Assembly: GCA_965242525.1 (NCBI GenBank)
Contig: OZ251459.1
Coordinates: 1,312,001-1,376,000, forward strand
DNA from: an uncultured Candidatus Binatia bacterium
GTDB lineage: Bacteria; Desulfobacterota; Binatia; UBA9968; JAJDTQ01
Length of the DNA: 64,000 nt
Direction: 5' to 3'
Every line of letters begins with the position of its first letter. The stretch's first letter is position 1. The position numbers were made by a program, and so were the translations under genes. The notes below the pieces were generated by a model. That model was not told the DNA's origin. It did no database searches and saw only the letters and a list, made by a program, of their open reading frames with translations. Below, piece by piece: positions 45,817-55,628 of the stretch.

Positions 45817-46769
45817 CGCGGACCCAGGATCTCCTCGGCGCAACGCTTCTGCCGCGCCAGCGCCTCTTCGCCGAACAGCGCCAGGTACTCCCGGTGGTTC
45901 GACACGCCGTAAACGAAACGTTCCAGGTAGTCGTCGATGACGCCGGCGCCGCGGGCCTTGATGGCGCCGGTATAGGCCTCGAAGTGGCCGAAGTCGGCTT
46001 CGTAGAGGCCGTAGCACTCGTGGGGAAAGGAGCCGTAGGGGGCCTCCACCACCGCGTCCACCACGAGCCCGGGGATCACCGTCCGGTCCGGCCGTCCGCG
46101 GACCTCTTCCTCTTCGATGATCTCCTCGGCCGTGACGATGACCGTGGCCGCGGCCCGGGAGATGTCCGCGTCCATGTGGGGATAGCCGTCGATCTGGCAG
46201 TTGCCGAAACGGTCGGCCCGATGCACGTGGACCAGCGCCACGTCGGGGAAGAGGGCCGGCACGAGGCAGAGGGTCTCGCCGGTGAAGGGACACTCCATGG
46301 TCCGGGTCTCGGTGACGTCCATGAGGTCCGACCCCAGCATGGTCAGGGTGGGCAGGAACGGGACTCCCATGGCCCCGGCGCGGTAGCGCAGGCCGAGTCC
46401 CAGGTGGCTCCACTCCTCGAACCGCACCCGCCCCCCTTCCACCTCTTCGCGCAGCTTGAGGGAGAGGCCCCAGGGCAGGGCGATGTCGAACCAGCTCGTC
46501 ACCAGGGCGTCCACCGCCCCGGCCGCCATGAACCACTCGCCCTCGTAGCACATGAGGTTGCGCGAAAGGGTCAGGCCCCGGCGCCGCTGGCGCAGCACCT
46601 CCCACAACGCCGCCAGCGGGCTGCGCGAGAACAGGCAGCCGCCGATGGCCACGTGGTCCCCGTCCCGGACCTTGCGCACCGCCTCGTCCAGGGTCGTGAG
46701 CTTCTCCGCGGTGGATTGGGGCTTGGCTTCCAGCCGCCGCCGGGCCTCGACGAAATCGGCCGACTTCAT
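45813..46769 (-). CDS. Family I CoA-transferase alpha subunit (GctA/PcaI-like)
   Basis: VRDGDHVAIGG, AGAMGVPFLP and PDVALVHVHRADRFGN. Confidence 0.9.
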   Translation of the reverse strand: MKSADFVEARRRLEAKPQSTAEKLTTLDEAVRKVRDGDHVAIGGCLFSRSPLAALWEVLRQRRRGLTLSRNLMCYEGEWFMAAGAVDALVTSWFDIALPWGLSLKLREEVEGGRVRFEEWSHLGLGLRYRAGAMGVPFLPTLTMLGSDLMDVTETRTMECPFTGETLCLVPALFPDVALVHVHRADRFGNCQIDGYPHMDADISRAAATVIVTAEEIIEEEEVRGRPDRTVIPGLVVDAVVEAPYGSFPHECYGLYEADFGHFEAYTGAIKARGAGVIDDYLERFVYGVSNHREYLALFGEEALARQKRCAEEILGPR

Positions 46770-46893
46770 GGGGAGGGGACACCTCCTGCAGGGACCCGCG
46801 GCATCGGGCCGCCCCGGTCCCGGTCACGGGACATGCGCGCTGTGGCTCCGGTCATGCCCAAAGGCTGCTAACATCAAAGCCCGGTTCCGTCAA

Positions 46894-47829
46894 CTACGGA
46901 CCGTCGAGGAAGGCGCTGCAAAGCTCGCCGATGTCGTCCACCCGGTCCGGGTGGAGCCAGTGGAGGCTTCGGTCCGCGCGGAACCAGGTGAGCTGGCGCT
47001 TGGCCAGGCGGCGGGTGGCCCGCTGCATGGACGACAGGGCGTCCGCGGCGTCGAGGCGGTCCGTGACGCACAGCGCCGCCTGCCGGTAGCCCACGCTCTG
47101 CATGCTGCGGAGGCCCGGGGCATAGCCCATGTCCAGGAGCCCGCGGACCTCGTCCAGCAGCCCTTCGGCCATCATCCGCCGGCAGCGGCGGTCGATGCGC
47201 TCGTACAGATCCGCCCGGGGGCGGTCCAGGCCCACTCCGAGCACGTCGAAGGAGCGGTCGCCGAACCCGTGCTCGCGCTGCCATCGGCTCAGCGGCCGGC
47301 CGGTGCCGAGGACCACCTCCAGGGCGCGCACCACGCGGGTCCGGTCCCGGCAATGGATCCGCGCCGCGGCCTCCGGGTCCAGCCGCATCAGGCGCTCGAA
47401 GAGGCGCTCCGGGCCGCGTTCCGCAAACTCCCGCTCCAGCTCGCCCCGCAGCTCCGGGTCCGCTCCCGGTCCCGGGAACAGCCCCCGGCACAGGGCCTTC
47501 ACGTAGAGACCGGCGCCCCCCGCCACCAGCACGTTCCGGCCCCGGGCCCGTATGCCTTCCATGGCCCGGAGGGCGTGTTCCCGGAACAGCGCGGCGTGGA
47601 AGTCCTGGTCCGGGTCCACCACGTCCAGCAGGTGGTGCGGCCGCTGCCGTCGTTGGGCGGGGGTGGGCTTGGCCGTGCCGATGTCCATGTAGCGATAGAC
47701 CTGCATGGAGTCGGCGCTGACGATCTCCGCATGGAGCCGGTCCGCGAGGGCCAGAGCCGCGTCGGTCTTGCCGACGCCCGTGGGTCCCACGAGGAGCAGT
47801 ATCCTGGGTTTGGGGTTCACGGGCCGCAC
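46894..47829 (-). CDS. miaA: tRNA dimethylallyltransferase
   Basis: GPTGVGKT, DSMQVYRYMDIGTAKP and KRQLTWF. The start could be a few codons downstream. Confidence 0.95.
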   Translation of the reverse strand: MRPVNPKPRILLLVGPTGVGKTDAALALADRLHAEIVSADSMQVYRYMDIGTAKPTPAQRRQRPHHLLDVVDPDQDFHAALFREHALRAMEGIRARGRNVLVAGGAGLYVKALCRGLFPGPGADPELRGELEREFAERGPERLFERLMRLDPEAAARIHCRDRTRVVRALEVVLGTGRPLSRWQREHGFGDRSFDVLGVGLDRPRADLYERIDRRCRRMMAEGLLDEVRGLLDMGYAPGLRSMQSVGYRQAALCVTDRLDAADALSSMQRATRRLAKRQLTWFRADRSLHWLHPDRVDDIGELCSAFLDGP

Positions 47830-47863
47830 CGCTCCCGGTCGTGCGCGCCGCGCCGTCCCGCGG

Positions 47864-49630
47864 TCAGGCGCGCCGGAACATCCGCTCCAACTGGCCGCGG
47901 CTGAACCGGACCGTCACGGGCCGTCCGTGGGGGCATTGGGTGGCGAAGTCGGTCTCGTCCAACTCCCGCAGGAGCGCCTCCATCTCGTCCTTTTCCAGCA
48001 GCCGGTTGGCCCGGATCACGCTGTGGCATGCGATGCTCATGAGCCGCTCCTCCAAGCCTCGGTGCAACTCTCCGGACCGGCCGGTCTCGGCGAACTCGCC
48101 CACCATGGCGCGCAGCGCATGGCGGTAGTCGCCCTCGGCCAGAAGGGCCGGCACCGCCCTCAGGGAGAAGGTGTTCCTGCCGAAGGGCTCCACCGTGAAC
48201 CCGGCCCGTTCCAGGGCGCCGAGCCGCCCTTCGAGGACCAGGGCCTCGGCCGCGGGCAACTCCAGGACCTGGGGCATCAGCAACTCCTGCCGCTCGATGC
48301 GGCCCTGCTCCAGGTCGTCGTGCATGCGCTGGAAGGCGATGCGTTCATGGGCCGCGTGCTGGTCGATGAGCACCATCCCCGGATCGCCGTGGCAGAGGAT
48401 GTAGCAGCCCAGCACCTGTCCCACCACGGTCAGCGAGGAGAAGCCGCGGCCCTCGGCGCGGGCGGGGGATTCGGCCGCGTGGAGACCCGCGCCCGCCGGC
48501 GGCGGGAAAGGGCCCCGGAATTTGAGACCCGGGGCCTGGGAGACCCCGGCGCCGCGGTACTCCGGGACCGGCTCACGGGTACCCGCCAAGTCCGGCGCCG
48601 CCCCCGGGTCCGGAGCGTTGCCCGACAACGGCAACGATCCCCCTTCGGCCGCGGACTTGAGGGCTCCGCGCACCGCGGACAGCACCGTCTCGTAGAGCTC
48701 GGACTGGCGGCGGAAGCGCACCTCGGTCTTGGCCGGGTGGACGTTCACGTCCACGTAGCCGTAGGGCAGCTCCAGGTAGAGGATCGCCGCGGGGAAGCGC
48801 CCTTTCATGAGCAGCGTGTCGTAGGCCTTCAGCACGGCGTGGGCCAGCAGCTTGTCGCGCACGAACCGGCGGTTGACGAACGTGACCACGTACCGGGAGT
48901 TGCCGAAGGACTTGGGGGCCTGGCTGGCGAAACCCGCGCACTGCACGTGCCCGCGGCTCAGGGAAAACGGCGCCAAGTCGCTGCCGGCTTCGCCCAGGAC
49001 CTGCCGCACGCGGTCATGGAGCTTGGCCGCGGCGGGGTAGTCCGCGAGCCTCTTGCCCCCGTGATGGAGGCGGAAATGCACCGACGGATGCGCCAACGCC
49101 ACCCGGTCCACCACGTCGGCCACGTGCTTGACCTCGGTGCGGGGGGACTTCATGAACTTGAGCCGGGCGGGAACGTGGTAGAACAGGTCCCGCACCTCCA
49201 CGCTGGTGCCCGGAGGGCAGCCCGCGGCCGCGGGAGTCCCCTTGCGTCCGTTCTCCACACGGACCTTGCCCCCGACTTCCTGCGACGCCGGCCGCGACGC
49301 CATCTCCACCGCGGCCACCGAAGCGATGCTGGGCAGGGCCTCCCCGCGAAACCCCATGGTGGCGATCTCCGCAAGGTCCGCCTCGCTGCGGATCTTGCTG
49401 GTGGAATGGCGCTCGAAGGCCAGGGCCAGGTCCTCGAAGGCGATCCCCTGGCCGTCGTCGCTCACCCTGATGCGGGAGGTTCCGTTGCCCTCCACCAGCA
49501 CGGACACCTCGCCGGCCCCGGCGTCCAGCGCGTTGTCCAGCAACTCCTTCACCACCGACGCCGGCCTCTCCACCACTTCCCCGGCCGCGATGCGGTCGAT
49601 CAGGACGTCGGGCAGCATTGCGATCCTCAT
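47864..49630 (-). CDS. mutL: DNA mismatch repair endonuclease MutL
   Basis: IAAGEVVERP, GFRGEAL, DVNVHPAK, endonuclease motif DQHAAHER and CPHGRP. Start is ATG at 49630. Confidence 0.96.
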   Translation of the reverse strand: MRIAMLPDVLIDRIAAGEVVERPASVVKELLDNALDAGAGEVSVLVEGNGTSRIRVSDDGQGIAFEDLALAFERHSTSKIRSEADLAEIATMGFRGEALPSIASVAAVEMASRPASQEVGGKVRVENGRKGTPAAAGCPPGTSVEVRDLFYHVPARLKFMKSPRTEVKHVADVVDRVALAHPSVHFRLHHGGKRLADYPAAAKLHDRVRQVLGEAGSDLAPFSLSRGHVQCAGFASQAPKSFGNSRYVVTFVNRRFVRDKLLAHAVLKAYDTLLMKGRFPAAILYLELPYGYVDVNVHPAKTEVRFRRQSELYETVLSAVRGALKSAAEGGSLPLSGNAPDPGAAPDLAGTREPVPEYRGAGVSQAPGLKFRGPFPPPAGAGLHAAESPARAEGRGFSSLTVVGQVLGCYILCHGDPGMVLIDQHAAHERIAFQRMHDDLEQGRIERQELLMPQVLELPAAEALVLEGRLGALERAGFTVEPFGRNTFSLRAVPALLAEGDYRHALRAMVGEFAETGRSGELHRGLEERLMSIACHSVIRANRLLEKDEMEALLRELDETDFATQCPHGRPVTVRFSRGQLERMFRRA

Positions 49631-49750
49631 GGCTTGCCCTTCCACGTCCCGCGTTCGTTCACGGCGCGGGACGCCGGTCCGGGGAGAAGCCCGGAGACCG
49701 CTCCGCGGCCCTCCCGCGGGTCCACGCGCACGCGGCCCGGTTCCTGCCGA

Positions 49751-49918
49751 GGAAACCCTGAACGATCGTCTCCGTTCGTCCCAAGCGTAAAGAAGCGAAG
49801 TCCTCCGTTCATCCCGAGCGTAGCGAAACCAAGGCCCCCATTCGTCCCGAGCGTAGCGAAGCGAAGTCCTCCGTTCATCCTGAGCGTAGCGAAGCGAAGT
49901 CGAAGGACGCGCTTTCCC
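49751..49918 (+). repeat. Repeat family B as a tandem array of four 33-bp units
   Basis: Units start at 49771, 49804, 49837 and 49870; consensus TCCGTTCRTCCYGAGCGTAGCGAAGCGAAGTCC; no spacers. Confidence 0.85.
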
Positions 49919-49995
49919 ACGGGGAGAGGGAGTTCGAGCCGAAATGGATCGGAGGTTCCTTGACACCCGGAAGCCGCGGTGGATAAGCTCGCCCC

Positions 49996-50832
49996 ATGCG
50001 ACGCGGGGACGCATTGGATCTGCTTCGAGCGCGGCGGCTCGGCTTCCCGGCCGCGCCGGGACCGGCCTTCCGGGGAGCCCTGCTGGGGGCGTGCCTGCTG
50101 CTGCCGTTCCAGGGCGTTGCCGCTTCCCCCGTCCGCATGGAGGTCCGGCAGGTGGTCATGGACCCCGCCAACCGCACGCCCGTGGTGGTCCTGGCGGGAG
50201 CGGGCCGGCTGCTGCCCATCTGGATCGGCGCCGCGGAGGCGGCGTCCATCGCCCTGGCCCTGGAGGGGAAACCGCTTCCGCGGCCCAATACGCACGACAT
50301 GGTGCGGAACCTGTTGCAGGGCCTGGACGCGGCCCTGGAACGAGTCACCATCACGGAACTGCGGGACGACACCTATTTCGCGGTCATCACCCTCAAGGCC
50401 GGGCAACGCCGCATCCCGGTGGATTCGCGTCCCAGCGACGCCATCGCGGTGGCGCTGCGGACCGGCGCGCCCATCTACGCCACCGCGGAAGTCCTGTCCG
50501 GGAGCATCCCGTTCGACGACGCCGAGCGCCCGCAGGGCTTCATCCGCAGGATGGGGATGCACATGCAGGACCTCACCGCGGAGTTGGGGAAGCTGTTCGC
50601 AACCGCGTTGCGGGAAGGCGTGCTGGTTTCCCACGTGGAGTCCGGCAGTCCCGCCTCGGACCTGGGGTTCCGACGCGGGGACGTGATCGTCGGAGTCGGC
50701 GGCAAGACCGTGCGCAACACCCGGGAACTGGAAGCGGTCCTCCTCTCCCCCGCACGGCATGACTTCCGCATACGAAGAGACGGCGAGCCCGTCACCATCG
50801 TGATGAGCCCGCCGTCCCAAGCCGAACCCTGA
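49996..50832 (+). CDS. Bifunctional nuclease (DUF151/BFN) domain fused to a C-terminal PDZ domain, with predicted signal peptide
   Basis: LPIWIGAAEA, RPNTHD and DSRPSDAIAVAL; PDZ GVLVSHVESGSPASDLGFRRGDVI. Confidence 0.85.
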   Translation: MRRGDALDLLRARRLGFPAAPGPAFRGALLGACLLLPFQGVAASPVRMEVRQVVMDPANRTPVVVLAGAGRLLPIWIGAAEAASIALALEGKPLPRPNTHDMVRNLLQGLDAALERVTITELRDDTYFAVITLKAGQRRIPVDSRPSDAIAVALRTGAPIYATAEVLSGSIPFDDAERPQGFIRRMGMHMQDLTAELGKLFATALREGVLVSHVESGSPASDLGFRRGDVIVGVGGKTVRNTRELEAVLLSPARHDFRIRRDGEPVTIVMSPPSQAEP

Positions 50833-50848
50833 TCTTTCGGGCCGCCGG

Positions 50849-52291
50849 CTACGAACCGGCGCCGTTGCTGCTGAACAGCACCTTGCCCCACTTCTTCTCG
50901 GTGGCGTCCAGCACTTCCCGGCTCGATTCCGCCACCGGCGGGAACTCGCTCATCCACTCGTACGGGCGGCACGCGTCGATGATGGCGCGGGAGTTGAAGC
51001 CCTTCTTGGTGGGGTGCACGATGGGGTCCAGGGGGCCGCTCCAGGCGCGCCGGATGATGTCGATGTCCGCGTCCGGGTCCGAGCGCGTGGCCATGGCCCA
51101 GATCACGTCGTCGGTGTGGGAAGGGTCGATGTCGTCGTCCACCACGATGACGTAGCGGCCCAGGTACGCGCCCGCGTGGCACTGGGAGGCCACCACCGCG
51201 GCCTGCCGCGCATGTCCCGGATAGCGCTGCTTGATGGAGACCACCATGACCAGGCGGCTGCCTCCGGCCACCATCAGCCACACGCCCTTCACGTCCGGCA
51301 CTCCGGCCTTCTCCATCTCGTCCCAGATCAGCGCGGAACGCAGGTAGGAACGGTACCAGCCGAGCTCGGCCGGGGGCCTTCCCGGCGGGGAGCCCAGGAT
51401 GATGGGGTCGTTCCGGTGGTACAGCCTCTTGATCTTCACGATGGGCTCGTTCCGCTCCGCGCTGGCGTAGTAGCCCGTCCACTCCCCGAACGGACCCTCC
51501 ACCCGGTCGGCTCCGAAGATCACGTCGCCCTCCACCACGATCTCCGCGTTGGCCGGGACCATCAACCCGGAGTACGGCGCCTTGACCACCTCCAGCGGCT
51601 CCCCGCGGATGCCGCCCAGGAAGTCGTACTCGGGCACCCCGTAGGGCACTTCGATGCTGCCGCCCAGGAAGACCAGCGGGTCATGGCCGAAGGACATGGC
51701 CATCTTGAACGACTCCCCGGTCTGCTGGTACTTGTCCCGGTGGATGCGTCCGTGCTTGCCCGGGGAGATGTAGAAACCCACCGTGTCGGAGTCGTGGATC
51801 ATGACCCGGTAGGTGCCCCAGTTGGTCCAGCCCTCGTCCCGGTCCGCGGTGATGTCGATGCTGCCGGTGCCGATGTAGCGCCCGCCGTCCCGTTCGTGCC
51901 ACCGCGGCGTGGGGAACTTGAGCAGATCGACCTTGCCCTCCTCGAAGACGTTCTCGAACAGCGGGCTGTCCTTCAGCACCTTCGCGGGGATGGGCCGGAT
52001 CTTCCTGTAATGTTCGCGCCACGTGTTGACGAAGTCCATCTTGCCGTCCCCCGGGGGCAGGTTCAGCGTCAAGCCGATCCTCTTGCGCGAGCTCAGGGAG
52101 TTGGACAGGACCCGGTAGCCCTTGGGGTAGTCCTTGATCTCGTCGAAGAGCACCGCGGGACCGTCCTCCTTGCGCATGACCATCTCGGTAATGGCGCCGA
52201 TCTCCAGGTCCCAGTCGCAACCCTTCAGGGTCTTGAGCTCTCCCATGGCCTCCGCCTTGTCCATCCACTCGCGGCAGTCGTTGAATTCCAT
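50849..52291 (-). CDS. UbiD-family decarboxylase (second paralog)
   Basis: DGGRYIGT, GTYR, EGPFGEW, VIVVDDDID and IIDACRP. Start is ATG at 52291 after a GGAGG RBS. Confidence 0.9.
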   Translation of the reverse strand: MEFNDCREWMDKAEAMGELKTLKGCDWDLEIGAITEMVMRKEDGPAVLFDEIKDYPKGYRVLSNSLSSRKRIGLTLNLPPGDGKMDFVNTWREHYRKIRPIPAKVLKDSPLFENVFEEGKVDLLKFPTPRWHERDGGRYIGTGSIDITADRDEGWTNWGTYRVMIHDSDTVGFYISPGKHGRIHRDKYQQTGESFKMAMSFGHDPLVFLGGSIEVPYGVPEYDFLGGIRGEPLEVVKAPYSGLMVPANAEIVVEGDVIFGADRVEGPFGEWTGYYASAERNEPIVKIKRLYHRNDPIILGSPPGRPPAELGWYRSYLRSALIWDEMEKAGVPDVKGVWLMVAGGSRLVMVVSIKQRYPGHARQAAVVASQCHAGAYLGRYVIVVDDDIDPSHTDDVIWAMATRSDPDADIDIIRRAWSGPLDPIVHPTKKGFNSRAIIDACRPYEWMSEFPPVAESSREVLDATEKKWGKVLFSSNGAGS

Positions 52292-52433
52292 CGCTACCTC
52301 CACTCGGTGATCCGTCTCCGGCCGGCCCCCGTCCCCGCGGCCGGCTCTCCCGGCGTCCCGTGGACGTTCGTCCACGCGTCCGTCCGCGGACGCCCGGCGC
52401 CGCGAACCGCGGGGCGCCGGTCATTCTTTCCGG

Positions 52434-52877
52434 TTACGCCCTCTGGTACTTGCCCCTTGCCGTGCGCTTGATCTTGCCCTCCTTGGACCACCGCACCACC
52501 ACCTGCCTGAGGTACGCCCGGGGCTTCTCGCTGGCGATCTTGTGGGACTCCAGGTTGTCGATGGAGAACTCCGCGGGCAGGCTCCGCAAGATCGCGTTCC
52601 AATCGATCATGGAGCCCCGGCGCCCGGTTTTCCCTTTCGGTTTCTGGACCGCGGGCTGTTTCTGGACGGCGCGCGGACCCGGGGGCCTGCCGACCCTCCT
52701 GGGCTTCTCCGGCGCGGCCTGCCCGTCCGTCCCCGCGTTCCCGTCCAGCGTGCGGTAGAACTGTTCGCATTTCTCGATCTCGCCGCGCAAGGCGGCGACT
52801 CGACGGTTGACCGCAGCCAACTCCGCGTTCAATCCGTCGATGTGCTTCTTCACACTGGCCTTCAGATCCATAGCCAT
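52434..52877 (-). CDS. Small basic hypothetical protein (coiled coil, basic linker, putative winged helix)
   Basis: GGGAGG RBS, heptad-like N-terminus, RRVGRPP, and C-terminal ...[15 protein letters not shown]. Confidence 0.75.
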   Translation of the reverse strand: MAMDLKASVKKHIDGLNAELAAVNRRVAALRGEIEKCEQFYRTLDGNAGTDGQAAPEKPRRVGRPPGPRAVQKQPAVQKPKGKTGRRGSMIDWNAILRSLPAEFSIDNLESHKIASEKPRAYLRQVVVRWSKEGKIKRTARGKYQRA

Positions 52878-53041
52878 AGAAACTTCCTCCCTGTTCCACT
52901 GTCAAAGTTCGGTCAGCATTATCACCATATGCGAAAAAAGACAATGCGCACGACAGACGTTTTTACGGCGACTTGGCGGACGGCGTCCCGCGAGGGGTGG
53001 AAGGGTCCGCGGCCCGGAGTCCGCGGGCTGCCCCGCACGGC

Positions 53042-53070
53042 TTCGCAAACGCCGAACCGTATGGTATCAT
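53042..53070 (+). promoter_or_regulatory. Putative rpmB promoter
   Basis: TTCGCA-N17-TATCAT with TG extension. Confidence 0.5.
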
Positions 53071-53199
53071 CCGCGGTTTGGCGCTTGGCGCGCGGCGCCG
53101 TCGAGGGCATCCGCCGGCGCCGCGAAGAGGCCGCCGGAAGGGAAGCGCGTCCCGCAACGGGCGCCCGTCCATCGAAGGGATCGAAAGGATTCGAGAGAC

Positions 53200-53391
53200 A
53201 TGGCAAGGAAATGCTCCATCTGCGGCAAGGGACCCTCGGTCGGAAACAACGTCAGCCACGCCAACAACAAGACCCGGCGCCGCTGGCTTCCCAACCTCCA
53301 ACAGGTCCGGGCCAGGGTGAACGGCGCGGTGCAGCGCCTCCGGGTCTGTACCCGGTGCCTCCGGTCGGGCAAGGTCGAGAAGGTCGCCTGA
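53200..53391 (+). CDS. rpmB: 50S ribosomal protein L28 (Zn-ribbon type)
   Basis: [34 protein letters not shown]...VCTRCLRSG. Confidence 0.96.
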   Translation: MARKCSICGKGPSVGNNVSHANNKTRRRWLPNLQQVRARVNGAVQRLRVCTRCLRSGKVEKVA

Positions 53392-53423
53392 ACCCCGACC
53401 GGGGCCCCTCGAGGCCAACCCGG

Positions 53424-55628
53424 CTAGCCCTGGACCCGGCTCGCCTTGAAGACTCCCTTCACCCGGGAGATGTCCTGTAGCACTTGCCGCAACTGGTCGG
53501 AGTTTCCGATCATGATCTCGAAGGCGCTGACGGCCTTGCCGTCGAACGTTCGTATGTGGGCGCGCGCGATGTTCACGCCGGCTTCGGAGATGGCCGAGCT
53601 GATGGCGGCCAGGAGGCCGGGCCGGTCCGCGCAGCTCACTTCGATCTTCACCGCCCGGGGCATCTGCGCGTCGTCCGACCAGCCTACGTCCACCCTCCTT
53701 TCGGGATCTCCTTCGAGCCCCGTCGGACAACTCGCCACGTGCACCGTCACCCCCCGCCCCCGGGTGATGATTCCGGCGATGCCCTCGCCGGGCAAGGGGT
53801 TGCAGCAGCGGGCGAACCGCACCAGCACGTCCTCGATGCCCTTGACGCGCACCCCCCGGTCGCGCGCCCTCACCAGCCGGAAGAGCCGCTCCAGCCCCCC
53901 TTCCATCTGCTTCGCGTCGCCGGCGATCTGCTCCGGGGGCAGGAGCTTGGCGAGCACCTGGCGCGGCATGACCTTGCCGTAGCCGACCCCGGCCAGCAGC
54001 CCCTCCTCGTCCTTGACACCGAGCTCGCGTCCCAGGGTCTCCAGGGTCCCTTGCGCCCGGAGCTCCCGGTAGTCCAGCCCGTGACGGCTGAAGTCCCCTT
54101 CCAGGATCTCGTGTCCCAGGGCCATGCTCCGTTCCCGTTGCTGCGAGGTGATCCACGCGTGGATGCGGGACCGGGCCCGGGGGGTCTTGACCACCTTCAA
54201 CCAGTCGCGGCTCGGGGTCTGCTCCTGGGTCGTGATGATCTCCACGGTGTCGCCGCTCCTGAGTATGTACTTCAGGGGGACGAGCCGGCCGTTCACCCGG
54301 GCGCCCGAGCAGTGCTGCCCGATGTCGGAATGGATGCGGTAGGCGAAGTCGATGATGGTCGCCCCCTTGGGGAAGCCGCGCAGCTCCCCGTTGGGCGTGA
54401 ACACATAGACTTCGTCCGGGAACAGGTCCTCCTTGATGCTGTGCAGGAACTCCTGGGGGTCCGAGAGGTTGCGCTGCCATTCCAGGAGTTGCCGGAGCCA
54501 TGCGAACCGCTGCATGTCCGTCACCTGCAGGTCCTTCCCCTTCTTGTACCGCCAGTGGGAAGCGATGCCCTCCTCGGCCACCCGGTGCATTTCGTGGGTG
54601 CGGATCTGGATCTCGATGCGCCGGGCGTTGGGGCCGATGACGGTGGTGTGCAGGGACTGGTACATGTTGGCCTTGGCCAACGCGATGTAGTCCTTGAACC
54701 GGCCCGGCACCGGCCGCCACTTGGCGTGGACCACGCCCATGGACTCGTAGCACTCGCGCACCGTGTCCACCACGATGCGGAACGCCACCAGGTCATGGAC
54801 CTCGCTGAAGTCCAGACTCTGGTTCTCCATCTTCCGGAATATGCTGTAGAAGTGCTTGGGCCTTCCGCTCACCTCCGCGTCGATGCCCTCTTCCGCCAGG
54901 GCCTTGCTCAGCCGCGAGATGACGTCGTTGGTGTATTTCTCCCGGTGCTTCCGCTTCTGGGCCACGTCCTGTTTCAACTGCGCGTAGATCTCCGGACGGA
55001 GGTGCTTGAGGGCCAGGTCCTCCAGCTCGCTCTTGATCCAGTAGATGCCCAGCCTGTGGGCGATGGGGGCGTAGATGTCCAGGGTCTCCTGGGCGATGCG
55101 GCGCTGCTTCTCGGACGCCAGGTACTGGAGCGTCCTCATGTTGTGGATGCGGTCGGCCAGCTTGATGAGGACCACGCGGATGTCCTTGGCCATGGCCATG
55201 ATCATCTTGCGGAAGTTCTCGGCCTGCTTCTCCTCGCGGCTGGTGAAGTTGACCCGGCTCAACTTGGTCACCCCGTCCACCAGGACCGCGATCTCCTCGC
55301 CGAAGGCGGACTCGATCTCCGGCAGGGTGGCGAGGGTGTCTTCCACCGTGTCGTGGAGCAGTCCGCAGATGATGCTGGGCAGGTCGAGCTTCAGGTCCGC
55401 CAACAGGCCGGCCACCGCCACAGGATGGGTCAGGTAGGGCTCTCCGGACATGCGCTTCTGGCCTTCGTGCACCTCCGACGAAAACTCGTACGCCCGGCGC
55501 AACTGCTCCATGTCCGCGGTGGGCTGGTATTGCAGCACCTTGTCCACCAGCCCTGCGATGGGGCTGTTGGCGCCCGCGCCCCTGGAGCGGCGCCGAGGCC
55601 TTACCCCGGCTTCGGAATGAACCTGCAA
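53424..55628 (-). CDS. rel: Bifunctional (p)ppGpp synthetase/hydrolase (Rel/SpoT)
   Basis: HD motif LLHDTVED, YQSLHT, EIQIRT, TGS and ACT domains. Start uncertain. Confidence 0.95.
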   Translation of the reverse strand: MQVHSEAGVRPRRRSRGAGANSPIAGLVDKVLQYQPTADMEQLRRAYEFSSEVHEGQKRMSGEPYLTHPVAVAGLLADLKLDLPSIICGLLHDTVEDTLATLPEIESAFGEEIAVLVDGVTKLSRVNFTSREEKQAENFRKMIMAMAKDIRVVLIKLADRIHNMRTLQYLASEKQRRIAQETLDIYAPIAHRLGIYWIKSELEDLALKHLRPEIYAQLKQDVAQKRKHREKYTNDVISRLSKALAEEGIDAEVSGRPKHFYSIFRKMENQSLDFSEVHDLVAFRIVVDTVRECYESMGVVHAKWRPVPGRFKDYIALAKANMYQSLHTTVIGPNARRIEIQIRTHEMHRVAEEGIASHWRYKKGKDLQVTDMQRFAWLRQLLEWQRNLSDPQEFLHSIKEDLFPDEVYVFTPNGELRGFPKGATIIDFAYRIHSDIGQHCSGARVNGRLVPLKYILRSGDTVEIITTQEQTPSRDWLKVVKTPRARSRIHAWITSQQRERSMALGHEILEGDFSRHGLDYRELRAQGTLETLGRELGVKDEEGLLAGVGYGKVMPRQVLAKLLPPEQIAGDAKQMEGGLERLFRLVRARDRGVRVKGIEDVLVRFARCCNPLPGEGIAGIITRGRGVTVHVASCPTGLEGDPERRVDVGWSDDAQMPRAVKIEVSCADRPGLLAAISSAISEAGVNIARAHIRTFDGKAVSAFEIMIGNSDQLRQVLQDISRVKGVFKASRVQG

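Noticed and set aside
49771-49918. CRISPR array
   Set aside because: Head-to-tail 33-bp units with no unique spacers; the same sequence occurs dispersed elsewhere.
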